Origin: Desulfuromonadales bacterium
GTDB lineage: Bacteria; Desulfobacterota; Desulfuromonadia; Desulfuromonadales; Geopsychrobacteraceae
Direction: 5' to 3'
Length of the DNA: 64,000 nt
NCBI GenBank assembly: GCA_032251255.1
Contig: JAVVDY010000005.1
Location: 59,091-123,090, forward strand
Position numbers and translations under genes: made by a program. Shown here in pieces: positions 27,372 through 36,904 of this stretch (its first letter is position 1; each line of letters starts with the position of its first letter). Under the pieces are notes generated by a model that was not told the DNA's origin, searched no databases, and worked only from the letters and a program-made list of their open reading frames with translations.

Positions 27372-27680
27372 TCAGGCTTCTTCAAGAACGGCTTTGAGCG
27401 GATGACCTTCGGCCCGCGCCAACTTGTGCACCAGTTCAACCTTGCTCTCGGCAATTGCGAATGGATAGGTTCCGCAGATTCCGGCCCCCCGGTAGTGGAC
27501 ATGGAGCATGATCTGATTCGCCTCAGGCGGCGGCTTGCGAAAGATTTTTTCGAGTATTTCGGTAACAAATTCCATGGGGGTGTAGTTATCATTGAGCAGG
27601 ACGACTTTAAACAACGGTGGCGTTGTCGATCGCGTCTTTTGCTCAGAGCTCGTTCGTGTTCCCGACTTATCCTGACCCAT
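27372..27680 (-). CDS. clpS: ClpS N-degron adaptor
   Basis: 102 aa. PPLFKVVLLNDNYTPMEFVTEIL...A..IMLHVHYRGAGICGTYPFAIAESK. Confidence 0.93.
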   Translation of the reverse strand: MGQDKSGTRTSSEQKTRSTTPPLFKVVLLNDNYTPMEFVTEILEKIFRKPPPEANQIMLHVHYRGAGICGTYPFAIAESKVELVHKLARAEGHPLKAVLEEA

Positions 27681-27800
27681 CAGCTGACCACCCTGCCTTA
27701 ATCGTTAACCCATAAATCGCTGAGACTTGATTTCTTAATCATTATCACCGGATCAACGTCACCATGCAACAGCTTCCGCGCGCTTTTATTGGGCTGAGAA

Positions 27801-28478
27801 CTACCCCAGCTCATGCCAGTCAAGCATCTTTCCTGCCAGCAACGCTGCCTCGACCCGCGGCTTCATCAGGAGATACCGAACAAACCCGGTTAATTTCATA
27901 CTGCGATGCTCAAGTCCAGCCCGTTCCAGTCCGTCGCCGACGCCCAGATAAACGGCTTCAAAATTTTCACGCTGAAAAAGGTTCATCAAAACCGGCCTGC
28001 TCTGATCAAAAAGCTGATCGGTGAGCGCCTGGCGACAGTTTTCGGCGCTGGTCGAGGTAATGCTCCGGCAGAGCAAGGGGCGAACCGGGTAGATCCGGCA
28101 TGCCCCGTCGGCGTCAAGAAAAGCGCACGGCTGAGCGACACTGATCCGTTCGTCATCCGTCAATCCACGGATTGCCCGCCAGAGCTCGTCCAGTCGCGCA
28201 ACGACCTCTTCCCGTTCTGCCTGAGGCCATCTCCGCAGATATTCAGCAATCGCAATGGCCTCTGGCAACAGTACGGCGACATTCACGACACAACAGCTTT
28301 TACAACCTGCGCGACAGGCGATCAGGGACCCGTCCATCTCATCCGAATCAACGAGACGCTGTTCGGCACGATGAATGGCCTCCCGTAAGGCCGTCATCAG
28401 CTGCCCGACATCCCCCCCGGCTGTTGCAATCGCTCGCGACACCTCTTCCCGGCAGCTGGAAAAATCATAATTCCCCAT
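27801..28478 (-). CDS. YkgJ-family cysteine-cluster (CxxCxxCC) protein
   Basis: CRAGCKSCCV and CAFLDADGACRIYPVRPLLCR motifs. Start moved to ATG at 28478, which has an AAGGAGAAGG RBS. Confidence 0.7.
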   Translation of the reverse strand: MGNYDFSSCREEVSRAIATAGGDVGQLMTALREAIHRAEQRLVDSDEMDGSLIACRAGCKSCCVVNVAVLLPEAIAIAEYLRRWPQAEREEVVARLDELWRAIRGLTDDERISVAQPCAFLDADGACRIYPVRPLLCRSITSTSAENCRQALTDQLFDQSRPVLMNLFQRENFEAVYLGVGDGLERAGLEHRSMKLTGFVRYLLMKPRVEAALLAGKMLDWHELG

Positions 28479-28652
28479 ACCTTCTCCTTGCCCAACACGC
28501 ACGGTTGCTACCCATTTCAACCCGGATTCCCCTGCCCGACCATTCCCCATCTGCTGAGATTTAGACACAACAATTTCAAATGTGACATGTTACACTTCAG
28601 CAGAAAGCGGGATTTTAAACCTTATCACCAAACCGAACTGGAGACAAAACCC

Positions 28653-29234
28653 ATGAAACGATACGTGACTCCGCTCCTCGCCATTCTGCTGCTCAGCCTG
28701 TCCGGTTGCGGCTATAATACGATTCAGAAAAATGAAGAGGCGGTCTTTGCTGCCTGGGCGGATGTCGAAGCGACCTATCAGAGAAGACTGGACCTGATCC
28801 CCAACCTGGTCGAGACGGTCAAGGCCTATGCAGCCCACGAGCAGGAGACCCTGACTGCGGTGACCTCGGCCAGGGCCAAGGTCGGGCAGATCAACCTATC
28901 TGCTGATCAGGTCGGCAACGCAGCAGGCATGGCCCAATTTCAGCAGGCACAGGGGGACCTGTCTTCAGCCCTCGCCCGTTTGCTGGTGGTCGCTGAACGT
29001 TACCCGGACCTGAAGGCCAATCAGAACTTTCTCGACCTGCAGCATCAGCTGGAGGGAACTGAAAATCGGATCAATGTCGCCCGGCAGCGCTATAACAAGG
29101 CGGTACAGACCTTCAACAGCTCAATCCGGACCTTCCCCAACAACCTGACGAACAAGTTTCTGCTCCACCTGGAGCGCAAGGAAGCGTTCAAAGCGGATGC
29201 CGGTGCCGAGCAGGCGCCCACGGTGAGGTTCTAG
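28653..29234 (+). CDS. lemA: LemA family lipoprotein
   Basis: Lipobox LSGC. ...YNTIQKNEEAVFAAWADVEATYQRRLDLIPNLVETVK...ERYPDLKANQNFLDLQ..LEGTENRI..AR..YN. ATG at 28653 with a GGAGA RBS. Confidence 0.9.
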   Translation: MKRYVTPLLAILLLSLSGCGYNTIQKNEEAVFAAWADVEATYQRRLDLIPNLVETVKAYAAHEQETLTAVTSARAKVGQINLSADQVGNAAGMAQFQQAQGDLSSALARLLVVAERYPDLKANQNFLDLQHQLEGTENRINVARQRYNKAVQTFNSSIRTFPNNLTNKFLLHLERKEAFKADAGAEQAPTVRF

Positions 29235-29945
29235 ATGCTCCGTTTCCTGCTCATTCTGTGTCTGCTGCTGCCGTTCTCGGCCCAGGCACTCGATCCCCCG
29301 CAAAAGGCAGGTTACGTCAACGACCGGGCCAGCCTCGTCTCTGCGCCGGTACGCCTGAAACTGGAGCAGTTCCTGCGCCAGTTCGAAGAGACCGATTCCA
29401 CCCAGCTTGTGGTCCTGACCATCCCTTCACTGGAAGGAGAGGTATTGGAACAGTATGCGCTGAAAGTGGCTGAAAGCTGGGGCATCGGGCAGCGGGGCAA
29501 AGACAACGGCGCTCTCCTGCTGATTGCCGAACAGGAGCGCAAAGTCCGCATCGAAGTCGGCTACGGTCTGGAGGGGAAGCTCACTGACCTTCTGGCAGGT
29601 CGGATCATCGACCAGGAAATCACCCCCCGCTTCAAAAAGGGGGATTTCGACGGTGGAATTGTTGCCGGAGTCGCAGCGATGGCTGAAGTCGTCCGGGGGG
29701 AGTACCAGGGGACTGGCAGCTCAAGGCAGAGCCGGAAAAAGAGTCCGCTCGGATTTCTCGCCCTGCTGCTGTTTCTCGGGCCGGGGCTCTCCCTGCTCGG
29801 TGGCCGCAGGCGGGGAGGTCATCGCCGCGGTGGCTTCTATATCGGAGGTCCGTTTATCGGCGGCGGCCGGGGAGGTTTCGGTGGCGGGGGGTTTTCCGGC
29901 GGGGGGGGAGGTTTCGGTGGAGGAGGTTCGAGCGGCAGCTGGTAA
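29235..29945 (+). CDS. TPM-domain protein (YgcG-like) with a TM segment and a Gly-rich tail
   Basis: The start abuts the lemA stop (TAGATG). GYVNDRASLVS...VVLTIPSL...WGIGQRGKDNGALLLIA..ERKVRIEVGYGLEG is typical TPM. The C-terminus is GGRGGFGGGGFSGGGGGFGGGGSSGSW. Confidence 0.85.
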   Translation: MLRFLLILCLLLPFSAQALDPPQKAGYVNDRASLVSAPVRLKLEQFLRQFEETDSTQLVVLTIPSLEGEVLEQYALKVAESWGIGQRGKDNGALLLIAEQERKVRIEVGYGLEGKLTDLLAGRIIDQEITPRFKKGDFDGGIVAGVAAMAEVVRGEYQGTGSSRQSRKKSPLGFLALLLFLGPGLSLLGGRRRGGHRRGGFYIGGPFIGGGRGGFGGGGFSGGGGGFGGGGSSGSW

Positions 29946-29962
29946 ACACCCCGACGCGGACA

Positions 29963-30637
29963 ATGCAGCTTTCAACCTTTAAGCCACTGAATGCAGGAAT
30001 GACCATGGTCACAGCAAAAAACTTTTTCAGTACGGACGAGCAGCAACAGATAGAAGCAGCGATCCGTGAAGTCGAGAAAACCACCACTGGCGAGATCGTC
30101 CCTCTGGTTGTCGATGCTTCCTACGATTACCCACGTGCAGAACTGATCGGAGCCGGCAGCCTGGCCCTGGCAAGCGCGATTTTTTTCAGCTGGGCATTCG
30201 GTGGAGAATCGATCTGGACGTTTCTCCCCCTGTTCCTGATCGGCTACCCCCTCTTCCAGGCGCTGATTCGTTTCACTCCGGCCCTCAAGCGCCGCCTGAT
30301 TCACCCTGCGGAGATTGCCGCGGAAGTCGAAGAGAAAGCACTGGTTTCATTCATCGAACACGGACTGCACAAAACCCGTGACCATACCGGTGTTCTTATC
30401 CTGATTTCTCTCTTCGAGCACAGGGTCCAGGTCCTGGCTGACCAGGGGATCGACGCAAAAGTCCCGGCCGGAACCTGGGACAATCTGGTCAAGGATGTGA
30501 CAGCCGGCATCAAGAGCGGCACGGCCTGTGAAGCTCTCTGCCGGGAAATCCGCATCTGCGGCAAACTGCTGGAGGAGCATTTCCCTGCCAGGCATGATGA
30601 CACGAACGAACTTCCCAACCTGATCGTTGAGCAGTGA
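29963..30637 (+). CDS. Second TPM-domain membrane protein
   Basis: FFSTDEQQQIEAAIREVEKTTTGEIVPLV..., two TM helices, then ...TRDHTGVLILISLFEHRVQVLADQGI. The real start is probably ATG at 29999 or 30005. Confidence 0.8.
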   Translation: MQLSTFKPLNAGMTMVTAKNFFSTDEQQQIEAAIREVEKTTTGEIVPLVVDASYDYPRAELIGAGSLALASAIFFSWAFGGESIWTFLPLFLIGYPLFQALIRFTPALKRRLIHPAEIAAEVEEKALVSFIEHGLHKTRDHTGVLILISLFEHRVQVLADQGIDAKVPAGTWDNLVKDVTAGIKSGTACEALCREIRICGKLLEEHFPARHDDTNELPNLIVEQ

Positions 30638-30804
30638 TTCCGGCGAGAGAAAGAGCCCGAAACAGTCCCCTTCGCAATTTGAACTAAGCCGGGAACGGAA
30701 TCCTCGTAAAATAACGGCCACCTGATCTGCTAAAATTAGACTTAACCGCCGGCAAAATCAAAGCGACTCTCCGCTTGCCGTTTTCCCGCAGGAGCTGTTC
30801 AACG

Positions 30805-32508
30805 ATGAGCCCCCCGCAGGAGCCACTGAACGAGAAGAATGGCGATTTTGCCGAACTCTATCGCAAAACGCCGATCATGATGCATTCCATCGATCGCCAG
30901 GGCTGTCTGCTGGCCGTCAGTGATTTCTGGATCGAAGTCATGGGCTATACCCGGGAGGAGGTGATCGGCACCCACCTGACCAGGTACCTGAGCGAAAGCT
31001 CCCGGCGTGCTGCAGAGGAGACCTACCTGCCGCGATTTCTCCGGGTCGGTCAGGCCAGGGATGTACCCTACCAGATGGTCAAGAAAAACGGCGAGATCAT
31101 CGACGTGCTGATTTCCGCCGCGTCGGAAAAAGATGCCGAAGGGAATGTGCTGCGCAGCATGGCGGGGATTGTCGATGTCACCGAGCAGAAAAGGGCCGAA
31201 CAGGAAATCTACCGGCTGGCGCATTATGACCAGCTGACCGGCAAACCGAACCGGTTTCTGCTCCGTGACCGCCTGCACCAGAACATTGCCCAGGGCAGCC
31301 GCGAAGGGCACAAACTGGCGGTACTGTTTCTCGACCTCGATCGCTTCAAGTGGGTCAACGACACCCTCGGTCATCATGCCGGCGACAAGTTGCTGAAGAT
31401 CGTCGCCGAACGACTCAGTTTATGCGTTCGAGAAGTTGATACGGTCGCCCGCATCGGCGGCGATGAGTTTGTTGTTGTCCTCTACGGCATTCTGTCCAAC
31501 GAGGACCCGGCAACCTTTGCCCGCCGCTTTCTCGAAGAGCTCTCCCGGCCGACCCGGATTGAGGGGAGGGAGATTATCAATACGGCCAGTATCGGCATCG
31601 CCATCTACCCGGAGGACGGCCATGATGTTGACTCGCTGCTGCGCAAGGCGGATACGGCGATGTACGCCGCCAAGGAACTCGGCTGTGGCACCTATCAGTT
31701 TTTTTCCACGGAGATGGCCGAGCGGGCCAGAGAGAAACTCTTGATCCAGAACCAGCTGCGCCAGGCTCTCTACGGCACAGACCTCACTCTCAGCTATCAG
31801 CCGCAGATCGACCTGCGGCTCAATCGCATCACCGGATTCGAGGCGCTGCTGCGCTGGAATTGTCCGACACTCGGCCAGGTCTCTCCGGCCCGCTTCATTC
31901 CGGTTGCCGAGGAAACGGGCTTGATCCTGCCGCTCGGAGAATGGGTCCTGCAGACCGCCTGTACCCAGGCTGTCGCCTGGCGAAAGGCGGGGATGCCGCC
32001 ATTGCGGATGGCGGTCAACATCTCCGCCCGTCAGTTCTCCCGTCCGGATTTTACCGACATGGTTGAACGGGTTCTCAGTGACACGGGGCTTGAACCGGAG
32101 TACCTGGAAATTGAATTGACCGAGAGTACGGTTATGGACCGGATGCAGGACGCCATAGCAACCCTGACCGACCTGAAGGTCAGGAAAATCAACCTGGCCA
32201 TTGATGATTTCGGCACCGGATTTTCATCCCTGGTCTATCTGAAAGACTTTCCGTTCGACCGGATCAAAATCGCCCAGGAGTTTGTCCGCGACATCTCTCA
32301 GGGATCGGACAACAGGGCGATTGTCTCGGCGATTATCGCGATGAGCCGCACCCTGAACCTGCACGTTATCGCTGAGGGTGTCGAAAAACTAGAGCAACTG
32401 AAATTTCTGCAATCCCAGCAGTGCCATGAAGTCCAGGGATATTATTTCAGCCGACCGGCTCCCGCCGAACTGATCTCCAAAGCGTATGCCACCGGAGCCC
32501 TGAATTGA
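30805..32508 (+). CDS. PAS-GGDEF-EAL cyclic-di-GMP turnover protein
   Basis: A PAS domain, then an intact GGDEF with an RxxD I-site (REVD-TVARI-GGDEF) and canonical NDTLGHHAGD. The EAL domain has EALLRW, DDFGTG, EGVE and QGYYFSRP. ATG at 30805 with an AGGAGC RBS. Confidence 0.9.
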   Translation: MSPPQEPLNEKNGDFAELYRKTPIMMHSIDRQGCLLAVSDFWIEVMGYTREEVIGTHLTRYLSESSRRAAEETYLPRFLRVGQARDVPYQMVKKNGEIIDVLISAASEKDAEGNVLRSMAGIVDVTEQKRAEQEIYRLAHYDQLTGKPNRFLLRDRLHQNIAQGSREGHKLAVLFLDLDRFKWVNDTLGHHAGDKLLKIVAERLSLCVREVDTVARIGGDEFVVVLYGILSNEDPATFARRFLEELSRPTRIEGREIINTASIGIAIYPEDGHDVDSLLRKADTAMYAAKELGCGTYQFFSTEMAERAREKLLIQNQLRQALYGTDLTLSYQPQIDLRLNRITGFEALLRWNCPTLGQVSPARFIPVAEETGLILPLGEWVLQTACTQAVAWRKAGMPPLRMAVNISARQFSRPDFTDMVERVLSDTGLEPEYLEIELTESTVMDRMQDAIATLTDLKVRKINLAIDDFGTGFSSLVYLKDFPFDRIKIAQEFVRDISQGSDNRAIVSAIIAMSRTLNLHVIAEGVEKLEQLKFLQSQQCHEVQGYYFSRPAPAELISKAYATGALN

Positions 32509-32527
32509 CACCGGAGGAGCCAGGACG

Positions 32528-33778
32528 CTACCCGGCCCGCCTCACCGGCTCATAAAAATCGCGGTTCCGCCTTCCCCCCGGCCAGTTCTTCAGCAGCAGC
32601 GTGTAGTTGCGTGTTGCCCGCAACTCCAGCTCCAGCTGTTGCAGGGCCACCCGGTGAAGCCGGCTGCCGGAGCCATAATATCTTTTCAGCAGGGCATAGA
32701 TGCGGGAATAGTTACCGACAACGGGAAACTCAGATTTTCTGCGGCAGTAGGCAAGGAACTGCTCTCCGGCGGCGCTGCAGCCGAGCAGGTGAAGGTAAAG
32801 CGGGCCATGCTCAAGAAAAGCTTCCATCTGTTCCGCCTGAACGTCGTTCAGCAGATAGCAGAGAATCCGCTGTATCCTTGTACGGGTCCACTGTCTGGAC
32901 TTGACCCCACTGATCAAATCCTCGTATTCAGAGGTCTGTTCCGCGGCCTCGGCCAGCCGGTTCTCCAGGCCGTCACCGACCTGGTATAGGCAACGCAGCG
33001 AGTCAGCACCCTGATTGACCCGGGCCAGCAGCAGCCGGCACAGATAGCCCTCCTCCACGACCACACCGGCAGACAGCCACTGCTGCATCAGGCCAGCGAC
33101 GTTTCCCGGCAGCAACCCCGCGACCGGCTGACCCTGCCGCAGCAGATGACGGATTCCGGTCGCACTGGCGATCTCATCAACCACTCCCCGCTCATGATAG
33201 CCGGCGCCGATCCGCTGGATGGTCAACGGGCGGATTTCGCTGGCGGCATCCTGCAGCGCACGCAGGTATTCGATTCCAAGAATATTGTTCGGCTGCGCCA
33301 GCAATCCGGCAAGGGACGGGTGATCCGTCAAACCGGCAACGACCTCGGCCCGTGCCACCGGATAGCTGATCCCCCGGCGCAGTAATTGAGTCGTTTTTTC
33401 GGCAATCGTCCCCTCGTGTTCCCGCAGGATCCGGGCACAGCGCTGCAACGGCTCCAGCCCTCCCGCCTCACTGCCGAAACAGAGCGCATCGACTCCACCG
33501 AGGCCGTTCAGGACCTGCACCGCCCCCCGGGCGAAAATCGGTGCGCTGTTGCAGGCCCAGGGGAACGGCAGCTCCAGCACCAGATCGACCCCAGCCGCCA
33601 GCGCCAGTTCTGTGCGGCGCCACTTGTCGAACAGCGCCGCCTCGCCCCGCTGCAGGAAGTGGCCGCTCATCACCGCAACCGACACTTCGCCATCCGCCTG
33701 CTTGAGGCTCTCGCGCAGATGATGCAGGTGACCGTTATGAAAAGGATTATATTCCGTGATCAATCCGACAGCGCGCAT
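32528..33778 (-). CDS. tmcAL: Nucleotidyltransferase of the UPF0348 / TmcAL (tRNA-Met cytidine acetate ligase) family
   Basis: GLITEYNPFHNGHLHHL...AVMSGHFLQRGEAALFDKW.R...AL..GVDLVLELPF. Confidence 0.75.
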   Translation of the reverse strand: MRAVGLITEYNPFHNGHLHHLRESLKQADGEVSVAVMSGHFLQRGEAALFDKWRRTELALAAGVDLVLELPFPWACNSAPIFARGAVQVLNGLGGVDALCFGSEAGGLEPLQRCARILREHEGTIAEKTTQLLRRGISYPVARAEVVAGLTDHPSLAGLLAQPNNILGIEYLRALQDAASEIRPLTIQRIGAGYHERGVVDEIASATGIRHLLRQGQPVAGLLPGNVAGLMQQWLSAGVVVEEGYLCRLLLARVNQGADSLRCLYQVGDGLENRLAEAAEQTSEYEDLISGVKSRQWTRTRIQRILCYLLNDVQAEQMEAFLEHGPLYLHLLGCSAAGEQFLAYCRRKSEFPVVGNYSRIYALLKRYYGSGSRLHRVALQQLELELRATRNYTLLLKNWPGGRRNRDFYEPVRRAG

Positions 33779-33878
33779 ATCCCTCGCTTAATTCCGGCAG
33801 TAACGCAGATCAGTTTTTTGCTTCACGAAGCGCTGCAAAAAAGACTGACCATGCGGGGCAAGTCCTTCCCTGCAGAAA

Positions 33879-34571
33879 TCATAATAGCACCGGTATCCGC
33901 TCCCCCACACGAATTTCCTCTGCCGTGATGACAGTCCTGTAAGCCAGCGCTTCGACCCCGGCGGCGACGACCTCTCTCAGCAGTCGCCCATAATCCGGGT
34001 CGATCTCATCGGCGGGAGAAAAAACTGTTGCCTCACTCCGCTGCACCAGGAAGAAGATGACCGCCCGATAGCCCTGCTTGAGAGCAGCGGCCAGTTCAAG
34101 GAGATGCTTCTGCCCGCGGAGGGTCACCGCGTCGGGGAAAATGGCGGTGGATTCACCACGGCACAGGGTCACATTCTTCACCTCCACCAGCACGTTTTCC
34201 TGCGGCTTCTGCAGGAGAAAATCGATCCGGCTCTCACCGAAAGGATATTCCGCGCGGACCTCATAGCCCGCCAGTTCGCGAATGGAGCCGTTACGCAGAC
34301 CTTCTTCGACGACCCGGTTGGTGCGCAGCGTATGGGTATCGACCCAGCGGCCGTTGACCTCGATCAGTTCCAGCGTGTAGCCCAGTTTACGCCTGGGGTT
34401 GTCACTCGCCGAAACCAGCACCCTGTGGCCGGGAACCGCACACTGCTTCATGCTGCCGGTGTTGGGGGTATGCGCGGTCACCTGCGACCCGTCCGTCAGT
34501 GCTATGTCGGTAAAGAAACGCTTGTAGCGCCTCAGCAGGCGTCCCTCGAAGAGAGGAGCAGGCAGATCCAT
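33879..34571 (-). CDS. sfsA: SfsA-family DNA/RNA nuclease-like protein
   Basis: G.LLRRYKRFFTDI.L.DG..VTAHTPNTGSM...EVK.VTL...A.FPDAVT.RG.KHL.EL. Confidence 0.92.
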   Translation of the reverse strand: MDLPAPLFEGRLLRRYKRFFTDIALTDGSQVTAHTPNTGSMKQCAVPGHRVLVSASDNPRRKLGYTLELIEVNGRWVDTHTLRTNRVVEEGLRNGSIRELAGYEVRAEYPFGESRIDFLLQKPQENVLVEVKNVTLCRGESTAIFPDAVTLRGQKHLLELAAALKQGYRAVIFFLVQRSEATVFSPADEIDPDYGRLLREVVAAGVEALAYRTVITAEEIRVGERIPVLL

Positions 34572-34660
34572 AAGGCAACCCTTCCGGAGAAGTTAGTTAA
34601 TCGTTTTTGCTGTGTCCGCTCAGTGAAATTCTCTATTTCTTAACCAAGGAGCATGTCCTC

Positions 34661-36904
34661 ATGGCACATAATATGCTAATCATTTTCTGGCGCACGCTGA
34701 AAAGGATTAGCCAAGCAAACATCCGGAGCACAACCCACATGAACCTGAAAATGAAAAACACCCTGATCACCATGGCTGTTCTGTCCGGCCTGCTGCTGAC
34801 CGTAGTCGGTATCACCTACCGCAGCACGACCGCCATCGTTGAACAGGCCATCGACGACCATCAGCAGGCAATCGCCGAAGATGCCGCTAAAACAACTGAA
34901 ATATGGCTTACCCAGCAGATGAAAATTCTCAATGCAACGGCAGAGTCCATCGACTATAACAGTTTCGGCAACAACCCGGAAACCCTGCGGCCGTTAAAAA
35001 TGGCGATGAAAGCCGGGCACTTCAGCGATGTCTACATCGGCACGACCGATGGGGTCCTCATTGATGGCGCAGACTGGATTCCTCCTGAGGATTATGATCC
35101 CAGACACCGACCTTGGTTCAAAAGGGCCCTCGAAGCGGGAGAAACAGCCTTTACCACCCCGTATATCGACTTGGTAACCATGGAACTGGTTATCGCCATG
35201 GTCACGCCGCTCCATCTGGACGGTCGCTTCCTCGGCGTGATGGGCGCTGATACGGTTCTCGACAACCTCGTTGACAATCTCATCGATATCAAGATCGGCG
35301 AAACAGGGTATGCCTTTCTGGTGGAAAAGTCCGGCACGATCCTGGGGCATCCCAACCAGGAATTTGTCATGAAGGTCAAACTGCAGGAGACCGAACCTGA
35401 CCTGCGCTTTAAGCTGGATCGTTTTCAGCAATCCTCCGCCGGCGTGATCAGCTACCTGGGAGAATCCGCAGGCAAGGAACATATCCTGGCCTACAAGAAG
35501 ATCGCCAACACGGAGTGGTTTCTCTGCACCACTGTCCCCCACGAAGAAGCCTACCAACTGGCCCGGAAGACCACCCTGCTGTTTGCCGCGGAAATGGTCC
35601 TCAAGGTTCTCGGGGCACTGGCGCTGCTGACCTTGATCGGGGTCGGCGGAAGCGTTCTGGTTCTGGTTGTTTTCAGCCGCCGGTTCCAGTCGACGGTTCA
35701 GCAGCATCAGGAACAACTCACCGGCATCAATCAGGACCTGGCCTGGAATATCAGCAAAAGAAAAGAGGTGGAGACCTACTACCAGACACTGTTCAATGTC
35801 GCCAATGATGCAATCTTGCTCAGCAAGAACCTGCAATACGTCGAATGTAATGAAAAAGCCCACCAACTTTTCGGAGTCTCAAGACTGGGCCTGATCGGAC
35901 GAAACATGCTGGAGATATCGCCGACCTTTCAGCCCGACGGTCGCAGTAGCAGAGACAGGGTCTATGAGATCATCAATAGCGCCAGTGCAGAAGAACCTCA
36001 ATTTTTCGAATGGACTTTCAAACGCTTTGACGGTACGGAATTCCCCGCCGAGGTCGGCCTGAAAACCCTGAACCTCGATAACGAGGAACTGATTTTGTCC
36101 AGTATCAGGGATATTTCCAAACGGGTTGACGCCGAGGGACAACTCAGACAAGCACAGAAGATGGCTGCCATGGGCGAGATGCTCGGCGCCATCGCCCACC
36201 AGTGGCGGCAACCGCTGAACACCTTGTCGACCTATGTCGCAAGCATCCAGTCGGCCTACTATAACGACAAGATCAGCAAGGAATTCGTTGAAACCCTGAC
36301 CAGTGGAGCGGATTCGCAGATTCAGTTCATGTCGAAAACAATCGACGATTTTCGCCATTTTTTCAGGCCGTCGAAAAAGAAGATACCTTTTGATCTTGTC
36401 GAGGCTGTCAACAGTGCGGTGAAGCTCATGCAAGCTCAATTGAAGCAGAGTGGGATCGGGTTAACCCTGTCCCACCTAAACAACAATGGTTCACTGATTG
36501 TGTATGGGTACCAAAGCGAATTTGTCCATGTCGTGGTCAATATCCTTGCAAACGCGAGAGATGCAGTAGAAAATAAGCTGCGTTATGATCAAAGCGCCGG
36601 AAAATTCCCGATAGAGATCGACATTCGCAGCGAAGCGGACGATATCTATATCGGCATAATCGACCATGGTTGCGGCATACCAAATCATCTGCTCGACCAG
36701 ATATTCACCCCCTACTTCACAACCAAGGGGACTTCCTCGGGGACCGGCCTTGGCCTCTATATGTCTAAAACCATCATCGAAAAAGAGATGTCTGGCCATC
36801 TTTCTGCAGAGAACACCGAAGATGGAGCCTGCTTCACCATCAAGCTGCCAAAAGCGAAATTGAGCGATAAAGCACGTACGGAAGACGCATCATGCTCGAC
36901 TTAA
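34661..36904 (+). CDS. Sensor histidine kinase (TM - Cache - TM - PAS - HisKA-like - HATPase)
   Basis: Periplasmic Cache-like region (YIGTTDG...PWFKRA...TTPYID...GVMGADTVL...GYAFLVEKSGTILGHP), a PAS domain, an H-box (GAIAHQWRQPLN), and N/G boxes (NARDA, DHGCGIP, GTGLGLYM). ATG at 34661 has an AAGGAG RBS. ATG at 34739 (MNLKMKN...) is an alternative start. Confidence 0.88.
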   Translation: MAHNMLIIFWRTLKRISQANIRSTTHMNLKMKNTLITMAVLSGLLLTVVGITYRSTTAIVEQAIDDHQQAIAEDAAKTTEIWLTQQMKILNATAESIDYNSFGNNPETLRPLKMAMKAGHFSDVYIGTTDGVLIDGADWIPPEDYDPRHRPWFKRALEAGETAFTTPYIDLVTMELVIAMVTPLHLDGRFLGVMGADTVLDNLVDNLIDIKIGETGYAFLVEKSGTILGHPNQEFVMKVKLQETEPDLRFKLDRFQQSSAGVISYLGESAGKEHILAYKKIANTEWFLCTTVPHEEAYQLARKTTLLFAAEMVLKVLGALALLTLIGVGGSVLVLVVFSRRFQSTVQQHQEQLTGINQDLAWNISKRKEVETYYQTLFNVANDAILLSKNLQYVECNEKAHQLFGVSRLGLIGRNMLEISPTFQPDGRSSRDRVYEIINSASAEEPQFFEWTFKRFDGTEFPAEVGLKTLNLDNEELILSSIRDISKRVDAEGQLRQAQKMAAMGEMLGAIAHQWRQPLNTLSTYVASIQSAYYNDKISKEFVETLTSGADSQIQFMSKTIDDFRHFFRPSKKKIPFDLVEAVNSAVKLMQAQLKQSGIGLTLSHLNNNGSLIVYGYQSEFVHVVVNILANARDAVENKLRYDQSAGKFPIEIDIRSEADDIYIGIIDHGCGIPNHLLDQIFTPYFTTKGTSSGTGLGLYMSKTIIEKEMSGHLSAENTEDGACFTIKLPKAKLSDKARTEDASCST

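Noticed and set aside
34662-34677. Sigma-54-like element TGGCAC-ataat-ATGCT upstream of the histidine kinase
   Set aside because: It has one mismatch at the -12 box. The TGG overlaps an ATG (34661) that has a strong AAGGAG RBS and is a likely kinase start. No GTCAAC enhancer sites lie upstream. It would count only if the kinase starts at 34739.
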